A DNA stretch of 58,993 nt, the filler included, from Sphacelaria rigidula (lineage: Eukaryota), in the NCBI GenBank assembly GCA_964200075.2. It is 7 parts of 7 records of this genome, joined end to end, with 100 filler letters (N's around TTAATTAATTAA, not from the genome) between each part and the next. Parts side by side here need not be neighbours in the genome. Positions count along the whole stretch, not along the records: positions 42,212 to 50,552 come from CAXNAA020011454.1; positions 50,653 to 58,993 come from CAXNAA020011455.1; 5 more parts are not named here. One strand, given 5' to 3'. Below are positions 50,276-58,993 of the stretch, piece after piece; the stretch's first letter is position 1, and each line of letters starts with the position of its first letter. The notes under the pieces were generated by a model, which saw nothing but the letters and a program-made list of their open reading frames with translations, had not been told where the DNA came from and made no database searches. A program made the position numbers and the translations under genes.

Positions 50276-50800
50276 TGGAATGTTTCAAGGCTGTCTCCTG
50301 TAGGGTGTACGCGGAAGTGGGAGGGGTTCGGTTCACACATTAAGCCACACCCAAATATGTACCGAACGTTCGGGTATTGGTGCGGCAGGGTATCGAGCCG
50401 CCTAGCTCCGAACAATCCGGTATGGTTCGGAAGGGTATCCATCGCTACAATAAAACACCTCTTCTATATATATATATATATATTTCAATCACACTTTGAA
50501 CCCCTCCCCTTCCTCGGGATGAGTCCGTGGTATCAAGGGACCAACCCATCTCNNNNNNNNNNNNNNNNNNNNNNNNNNNNNNNNNNNNNNNNNNNNTTAA
50601 TTAATTAANNNNNNNNNNNNNNNNNNNNNNNNNNNNNNNNNNNNNNNNNNNNCCCCTACTCCGATCCCGAAAGGCCACCGGGTGAAACGGCAAAAACCGC
50701 AATCAAACCACAAAAGGGATACCCCCCCCCCCCCCCCCCCCCCCCTCTCCCTTCCGACCACTACCCTGTTGCCGCACACACGTATGTATGCACATAGCAG

Positions 50801-53800
50801 GGGGCGATGGAAGCCCTTGCAAATGCGGATGACAACGGAGCCCTGTCGATTGTGTTCGCCAATGATGCAGGACGTCCGCCCACGTCATCTTCCAACATGG
50901 ACTCCACGAACAGGCAAACACACCGCTCCGACAAGTTTGTCGACTCGTTTTTTGCCGGGTCGCAGACACGAAACGAAAAACATATTATATATATATATAC
51001 ACATGTATGCACCAAAACGGTTAATATAAAATGTGTGCGCCACGTGGCCGATAGCATGATGACGATACTCCAGAGTTGACTTGCAACACAGTACGGGCCA
51101 GGCGTTAACGTTTTCCGATATATTTTTGGTATTCAATTAATTTAACGCTTGAATATTTATTTTATCGCCAGTGGACGCGCAGGTACCGCCTCAACCAATG
51201 CCACCCGACCGTCGACAGCTCAGAGTCGACCGTCGACGGCTGGGGTGACGAGCAATGCGTCGGGCGAAGAGACGGGTGGGTATCGTGTGTGGGCGTGTAA
51301 GCGTGTCGACGTGTCTGCTGTTGGAGTTTTCGCTCGTCAATGTTTTCGTGTCACGTCTGATTTTGTCGCTTAGGTGTATTCTGTCAGTCATAGGGACGAC
51401 TACGCACTTCGGCACACGAAACAGTTTGGTCTTGGTGGTGGTAATTATGGCGGTGATGATGACCGCGACGATGGCGATGACTTTGATGACTACGCAGAGG
51501 AGGAGGAAAGCATCGAACACTTTCAATGGGAGAAACCCGAGGAGTTCGCCAAAGAAGAGGCGGTTCTTCTCGGCTGGGCGTCCATCATCAACCACTCGGA
51601 GTATCTTAGGACACACGCCGCAAGGTGAGTCACGCTACCAGTTCCCTGTGGACTACCGTAGAAGACTCTGAACAGTTATTGAGAAAAAAATTGTAGAGAA
51701 TCGCAGTCTCTGTGTAAACCAACCAACCGTATCCAAGCTGTTGCTCAATCCAAACTTTCGGTGTGTTCGGTGATTGGTGCTCACGGTATAATCCATCTCT
51801 ACCACCACTTAGGCGCGGACATTGAAGGGCATGCATGATGCTTAATAGCTCGTCACAGTACTGCTAAGGTATTGAAGGTGCTAGCTCAACGCGATAGGTA
51901 CACTCGAACAGTGGTCTCGATAACCTTTAAGCCCGATCCTAAATTGATTTCCTGAGGATATCATCGGGCATGTTTCACTGTTGTTGCAAATACGCGTAGT
52001 TTGATCTAACCGAGTGGGAGCGAGGCGACCAAGCGTCGCTGTGACCACACCAACCGCTCCACATCAGCTTTTCACCCCACATATAAATGACACGTCACAG
52101 CGACATTACATGACAGATATCATGCGGAGGAAAACGGATGTGGTTATCTATGAAACATACGGGGTACCTGGCAGTCAACAGCCCCGCAATTTCGTTCGTG
52201 CGCACAGATACAATGCCTTGAGGGATAAGAGAACGGGCGTGGTGTTCTACGTTGACACCACCAATGAGACATGTTTTTTGACGACCCCGAGAGAGGCGAT
52301 GCTTCCGGTGGCGTGCGACGGCAGCGTGGACACGGGGAGGTGTCTTGGTCAGAATCGCGAGTGGGAGGCAAGCATACGTACGCAGTGTACTACTCTGTGG
52401 TCATATACCTCCCGTTAGGATATCTGTAGGGTACGGCTACAGCATTCCTACTTCTGCGTAGCACTGCATGACAGATTATAAAAATATAGATTCTCCAAAC
52501 TCGGTTTGAAGGCTACGTTTTCCACACGGGAATACGTCTCGGTCGGGGTCTTCAGCGGGCTGGTCATATTCCATGGTTTGTGTAGTCATGCAGTGGGGGT
52601 CAACACTGTGACACCGTAACAATTAAGCACCAAAATGGACACTTCTGGGTGAAATAACTATATCCACAGTGTCCCTCCGAACCTCACGGCTCGCGAAGTG
52701 AAACGCCAGTTAGACTAGCTGTGTTAAGAAGATCGAAATAGCTGTAGGTGGAGATACGCCACCTTTACTGAAAGGTCTTCGCCATGAATGCGTCGCATGT
52801 TATCGTTCCTTGGACATTCGGTACGGCTAGAAGTACGCTTGATCTTCAAAGTACCGTGCAAGCAGTAGTGGTGATCGCACCAGAAGTGCATCTAGTCTTG
52901 CGTGCACGACAGTATCTAGCACGCACAGCCGAATGATGCATGGGAAAGGGAATAGTCGTGCCGCCCTCCCAGCTATGGCGCAAGGTTGCTGCATCCTTGT
53001 TTAGCCATGACCCATGCTTTTCGAGACACTCCCGCTAACCGCCTATATCCAACTGGTGGGCCACTCACGCCTAGGAAACGAAATACCATCTCCCAAAACC
53101 TCGCAGGACTGTCAGCGAATGTAATCCCGCAGGAAGAACAAGCTCAGGGATTTGACGTAGGCGTGGGCTAAGGTCTAGTGGATGAAAATATCCCTCCTAT
53201 ATTTCAACCCTATGATCAAAGTGTCTGAGGCCACATTTTCACACGTTGAAGGATTACGGTGTCAAAAATCTCTCCTGAATCCTACTGCACGTGCCATAAA
53301 TCAGGCTTTCTCATTCGGGTTTAAGGACTAAGACTCCCCGCCGTACAGGGCTGCAAGAGTACAGTAGAACGGTACAGTCGCAGTACTCGTTGTGGCAAGC
53401 AAAGCCCACGGCCTGTACTAGCAGCGGAATCATACCTGGACAATGGGAGACTACTCGGTGATGCGTGTTTGTATGGCCACAAGGTGTCATGTTCCATTTC
53501 TGGGCAAAAGATGCATAGCCACACCACGCACGTATGTATACTCTGCTGAGGGTTTTTTGCCTGTGGCCGGCTTCGGAGTTTGGGCACTTGGGCGCTTCGA
53601 CCTCTCAACCCTTCGCTAACTCACTGTACTGTATCCGGAAGGGCGTGGACCATACGTAGCCCGATGGCGAGCTCATAGCTATGTCGCTAGTACAATTTGC
53701 ATCGTTTGAGCAGAGGGTGTGCACCAATCGATGGAGGAGGAAAGCGAAATCGCTTGATGGCACAACTAGTATTTTGTAGATCGTGTGTGTTTTGATGTAT

Positions 53801-56233
53801 TGTTTCTTCACTCGAAGGTTTTTCGCTTAGAAATCAGGAAACACATGTGGGACTTATACTCACGCCGAGGGCACACGTTGTCTTTTCGCCCGTAGTGTTT
53901 GGTGCACCGGTACATGCACGAACTCAGACGAAAACGTTCTGCCCAATAAAGGTATGATCCTATTATACTACAGTAGTGGGCGGTCTAACTATTCATTTTG
54001 AGATATTGTGATTTCTTCGTAATTGGCGATTTTCTTGGGCTTTTTTCGCTTGCTACCACTCATCACATTGGGGATCTGAAGATATTTGTGTCAGCGCCAC
54101 ATTCCGACACAAAAAAAATAATCCGTGCTTGATGTTGAGGGACTTACGGACTGACCGGTCATCGGGGCTCCTACGACGTTTCAGCCCAGATTTTTACTCT
54201 CGGGTATTTTCGGCCGATCGAGCCTGTCCCGATCGTACTTCTAGAAAAATGTACAGTTGTATTTTTCTGAAATTCTGCCTACTCACTGCACTAGAGCCGA
54301 AAAACTGTGTTTCACGGTCAATAACACGCTCCTGATGAAGGAGGTATTTACTCGTTTCGCCCGATAACACCAACTAGCACTGACTTGGGCACTGTGGGTT
54401 GAGGACGAACTGTTTATTGCATCAAAATCTACCGACGCTAATAATTTCGAGTTCTATCGAAGAGTAGTACGCGAGGAAAACCTCAACACCCCGCCGAATA
54501 GTTAGATCGCCCACTATTGTACGACGAAAAAAGCGAAAAAACACTTGGATATAGTGTGGCGGGTCTAAATCGTATGAAATAGCCGACATGATTCGACTTT
54601 AGACAGCAAGGCCTGATTCACTTGTGTTCAGAATATCCCACTCGAATGACGTGAAGTTAGTATCAGGAGCGACATCAATTTGATTGAGTATGAACGTTGT
54701 TAATTACTTGTCTACATGGCGTCGGCTGTAAATCCTATACACAAGCCGAAATGTTTGCTTGCTGCACAAACAGCATGCGAGGCACTCTCATGTGTTGAAC
54801 CCGTAAATCGTGCAACACATGGGACTCCGCAGTCGGTATATGTTTACACAAAATATTGTCGGCGCAGCTAAACAACGGAGTCCTTGGGAGGAGAGAGCGG
54901 ATGGTGCGCTCTCGGACACAGACAGGCTCGACAACGAGGAAACTGAATCTGGCACAACCTATCTCTGCCTCTTCCTGATATGGCATCGGCGTACATATAT
55001 ACCCAACGAACACAAAAGCTGATACTTGTAGTATAGCAAACATTTCTAAGGTACGAATGTACACCCTCGTATTCACGCTACGGGTTCCGGACTACGTTCT
55101 ACACAGGGTGCACCAAATCCCACCCGTAGACTCTGAATCTTCAACCCGAGTCCAGACGTTTTCGAGATACTGTCTGATGTTGTCACGTGAATATCACACC
55201 CTGGACAATATATTACATTGCTAAAAAGTGTACTGTGTACAGTATCGACTAGTGCATCTATTGCAATGGACAATAAATCCCATACTGTACGCAGTACATT
55301 TTTTAACAATGTAATATTTTGTCCACGGTGTGGTAGATGTGTACACTATTCGGCGTTGACACACAGTGCGGCTGTGGCACGTGGCACTCTGAGGTGTGCG
55401 GGCTCGTTGAGGACATAGGGAGGCGTTTCGGCCACTGTCGCCGATGGAAGGAAAGTACGCACAAAAAATGCCGTACTCCACTGGCCCACATTTCACGGTC
55501 AGTGCGGCCATACTGTGTGGTGTGTAGTTTGTCACGGTACTGCTGGATATGATGGGGGATATAGCAGGACGCATGTTTTACGACCCAGCGATGAGGACAA
55601 GCATGCCCTGTATATTGTCGACGTGGTGTGTTTGACAAGATTACTCGTACACGTTTTGAGCATGAAAAAGGCTGATTAACTGATCAATCGAATGATTGAT
55701 ATTTGGACACGGTCTGATGTTTTACGAGTCACGCAGTTTCCGCAGGATATATGTATCCGAGGTAAAGAAAGAAGGAAGCACTCGCTCAAGGAAACTCGAG
55801 GAGATGAGATAATCGCCGTCAAAAGGAAAGCGACAACACAGACAGAGACTATTATAACATCATGATTTGTTCGTTCACGCTGCGTTGTGTATACATCACA
55901 ACTTAATGGAATATGGCAGCCTTTTCCCGTTGTTCCCAATACTGTACAGCGTGGTACACGTTTCAACATACCTATATAAAATGGCAACGGCTTTTGTACT
56001 CCCTCGTGGGTTTTGTACTCCCTCGTAGGTAATCAATACGGTGGAACACAAAATCAGGCAATTGTCGCTTTCTTTACTCTGTGAAGCAACGGAGGATATT
56101 CTGCTTATTAATAATAAATAATAATCTAGGTGCGGATTGATGAGGATGGCAACGATTTGTACTGCCTGGAGAAGGCGGAGAAAGTCAAGAAAGGCCGAAT
56201 GACGGAGGTCCTCATCACCAGAGATCTGCGCTG
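50801..56233 (+). CDS. Spliced gene fragment of unknown function with an acidic tract and two WW-like motifs; exons 50801-50913, 51172-51279, 51394-51624, 52208-52367, 56130-56233
   Basis: Phase-compatible joins give RPSTAQSRPSTAG, DDDRDDGDDFDDYAEEEE, ARYNALRDKRTGVVFYVDTTNETCFLTTP and REWEVRIDEDGNDLYC. Two of the joins need GC donors. Confidence 0.6.
53971..54519. mobile_element. Tc1/mariner-type MITE with TA TSD
   Basis: TA|CAGTAGTGGGCGGTCTAACTATTC ... GAATAGTTAGATCGCCCACTATTG|TA (24-bp TIR, 2 mismatches). Confidence 0.85.
55197..55330. mobile_element. 134-bp CACC-ended hairpin MITE
   Basis: CACCCTGGACAATATATTACATTG ... CAATGTAATATTTTGTCCACGGTG. Confidence 0.75.
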
Positions 56234-56667
56234 GTGAGGGTCACAAGTAATCTTCTGGGTGGGACCTGGTATTGTTATGCTCCTTTCTATCGCCAGATTG
56301 ACTTTGTTGTGACACGAAGCTGATTTGGTACGTTCTGTAGTGATGGAAATAGACGGAATAATGTATATTTCTGGTGGTGGCAAGGGGTGGTGCCAACGTA
56401 GGGGTGCCAATAATATTCCTCAGGTTCAATTGCTTGGAACCCTATATCTCATTCCAAAAAATAACCTATGAAGTATGTGAGGGCGCGCCGCGATTAGCAT
56501 TACAATGAGCAAAGGATAGGCATCTCAAATGAACTTTACAGCAGGAATGCCCTCACTCGTACTCTTGTGTAGCTCTTAACTCCATGAGACCCTCAATCAG
56601 AAACATCTGGGCCAAAATTTGAAACCCCTGTTGTGGCATGACTCAATAATGTCATTGGTGTTAACAG

Positions 56668-57120
56668 TACGAGCTAGGCCAGTTGATGGTCTTTTTTGTC
56701 GGTAATCGGGTGAGGCGGTGCTTAATGTGAGAAGTTGGGCGCTACGTATTTTACACGACATTTATATCATCAACACGCGCAACATGTCATGGGATGTAAA
56801 ATAAAAAGAAAGAAAATGTTGGAGCAACTTGAATTTCCAGCAAAAACTGCAAGATGTCATAACCCCGTCGAAAACAAAAGGGCGGCATCCCTGGTCACGC
56901 ATGTTGTACTTGTACGCGGGAGATCCTGGTAAATATCTGGCTGAAAAAATCCTAAGATTGGGCCCAGCGTGGAAATTTTTGTGTGATACCGCTGCGCCCC
57001 GATGGTCCAACTGGTACACGGACCTCCAATTACACAGGTCACGAGTTCGACTCCCGACACGACTATTTTTTGCCCTATAATCTCGCAGATTTTGTTTTTT
57101 TTCAACTGTAAGATAAAAAC
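56668..57120 (+). mobile_element. Partial TACGAGCT-ended MITE with a tRNA-like module (family of 42342-42983)
   Basis: Shares ATCAACACGCGCAACAT, AGATCCTGGTAA, TTGGGCCCAGCG and ACCGCTGCGCCCCG with the 42342 copy. A box TGGTCCAACTGGT, B box GAGTTCGACTCC. Confidence 0.65.
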
Positions 57121-57999
57121 CATCATCTTTGGTGAAAATCTCAGACAACATCGATTCGCGATGCTGTCACCAACTGATGGTCGCACCACACCCGTCTCCC
57201 GGATCTCATAAACCTCGACTTCAACCCAGACACCATTATTGTCACTTCATCGTGGATGCACTTGCCCTTGTACCTTACTGCTTCTCCCACACTGAACTGA
57301 CTCACTGGGTTCATCACACAGGCAATCTTGCATGTCAATGTGTTCTGAAATGGCTTCTAGATACTGCAACCACTATAAACATCTGGGAAAATTCTTCCCG
57401 CTTCTGCACAAAACATCGATTCTTCGCTAACACAGAATCGAGCCTTTTCCGCAGTTGCTTTCGAATTTTGTCATATTATGCATTCCCGCCCCAACCCAGC
57501 TTGTGGGGGGTGGGTAGGGAAAACCTCATGAATCACCCGTTCAAAAACAGTGTGACTCCTCACGTATCCGACCGTTTGCTCCCATCTGGAGATTGCGCTG
57601 AGCGCAGTCTCACCAGCCTCCACAAGAACCTAAGCCGACGCGCGGATACAACATGTCTCCCCTACGCTCTCCCCCGCCACAACAATGCAATCCATTCCGT
57701 ATGGGCAAGACACTTCCGTGCACATGTGACCGCCAACTTAGTCTCGGCTCCAATTCCGACATCCAATCCTCTTCTTTGACACATGACTGTACTACTCTTC
57801 ACTTATCCAGTCATTTACCATATGTTACCGTATCCCTTTCATTGCCACTATTTTTATGTAGCATCCATCATGTGACTCGGCGTCATGAGCCGCCTTTCTC
57901 CAATGAGGCCTCTACTCGTCCCTCTAATCCGTGCCCTGACCCGGCTACTGATCCCACTTCTACGCCGATCGGCGAAAGCTTCTGACCCCGAACCGCAAA

Positions 58000-58350
58000 T
58001 AGCATTTACACGTACCTTATTTTGCAACATCCTCAAGGTCATTCCTGCTGCGGACAAGTGTCTGGTGCCACCAATGCACAACTCTGCAGGCATTAGCCCA
58101 GTCACCACCGCCACTTGCCGCAACGTAGTCACCGCATCATACCGAGTCCATATCAGAATTCTCCCGTTGTTCCAAACACGTCGACGCAACTGCGTCTTTC
58201 ACCATAAAATGCCAAATCACTTCTGCGCACAGGTTTACTGGGTGATGAGAACGAAACAGGATGGGTACACATCCGGTGTGATCTCGTCGAAGGAAAAGGA
58301 GCTACAGACACCCAACTACAACACGTGACCACCCGGGCCCCACGCAAGGG
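58000..58350 (-). pseudogene. Highly decayed tyrosine-recombinase relic (DIRS/Ngaro-like)
   Basis: VRRSDLAFYG and LRQVAVVTGLMPAELCIGGTRHLSAAG resemble LRRGDLTFFRG and LRQLISSTGRDP..GRIGGVTHLAAQG of the element in contig 4. Confidence 0.5.
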
Positions 58351-58993
58351 ACAAATGTTCCCCGTCCAACAGCACCGACAATGAAGCGGCCGCCAAACTC
58401 GTTGCTATGTTCTCATCACAACGCGCTCACGTTTCAATTCCATCAACGTATTCTTAATGAAGGAATATCCCTAGTACGTTCTCGCAGACGACCGCGCAAT
58501 GGCATTTTGGACGAGCCCGAGTCGAAAAGCCTGAACACGGATGCCTCCACTCTGTCCTGGTGTCCTGCATAAACCATTGAATACCGGGACAGAGGGACAA
58601 AAGGTTAGCGGAAACACCATCCATGGGCCACCACAAATTGCTTCAGCCACACCATGGGAATTCTTGGAACATGCTTCGTCTCAACACCAAGCCCAAGTCG
58701 ATTTCCAGCACGCCAAGCATGCGTATCGCAGCACCCGAACGCGGCTCCTCACCGCTCTGCGCTTATTCATACCCACATTACGGCGTACGAGTTGTCTCCT
58801 TACAACCGCACACAACCAGCACGTAACCGTGGACGTCTCCTGCACAGAAGAAATATTACCGGCGCCGACATTACCGTACCCAATCGTTCCATTACATTGG
58901 TCGAATATCATCATCCGAGTGCACAGGAGAACCTTCAACATGGGGTTTTTTCCTCGGCGGTAAAGTCACACCGCCGCCACATGCCCGACGGCA

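Noticed and set aside
8344-50652. Regularly spaced TTAATTAATTAA motifs and any apparent gene cluster spanning them
   Set aside because: These are artificial linkers between length-sorted contigs. The EsV-1-7 gene, Ngaro element, ARM gene and ATPase gene are not shown to be neighbours.
56990-57062. tRNA genes at 8510-8583, 42693-42762 and 56990-57062
   Set aside because: A and B boxes are present but the acceptor or anticodon stems do not pair, and the sequences are embedded in repeats.

Overview
This is eukaryotic nuclear DNA, most likely from a brown alga (Phaeophyceae, Ectocarpus-like). That is inferred from an EsV-1-7 repeat gene, short exons separated by long TE-filled introns, and the repeat landscape. 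The window is not one locus. It is seven contigs (8343, 8342, 8342, 8342, 8342, 8341, 8341 bp) sorted by length and joined by artificial 100-nt N/TTAATTAATTAA/N linkers, so adjacency across linkers means nothing. Contig 1 is a large inverted duplication (arms 1-2696 and 5782-8343) made of TE debris. Contig 2 is mostly repeats. Contig 3 holds a 1126-aa ORF with 26 tandem 38-aa C-x4-C-x16-C-x2-H (EsV-1-7) repeats. Contig 4 holds a near-complete but inactivated Ngaro/DIRS-type tyrosine-recombinase retrotransposon. Contig 5 holds the 3' part of a spliced armadillo-repeat gene. Contig 6 holds the 5' part of a spliced COG3044-type ABC-class ATPase gene. Contig 7 holds part of a spliced gene with WW-like motifs and a tyrosine-recombinase relic. 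MITEs (hAT, Tc1/mariner-like, CACC-ended) are abundant. A LINE-like and a SINE-like family share a non-poly(A) 3' tail and sit in C-rich targets. The best leads are the modular EsV-1-7 zinc-finger array, the C-tract-targeting retroposon pair, the giant palindrome, several probable GC-AG introns and a duplicated splice donor. All family assignments come from motif recognition by eye; no searches were run.
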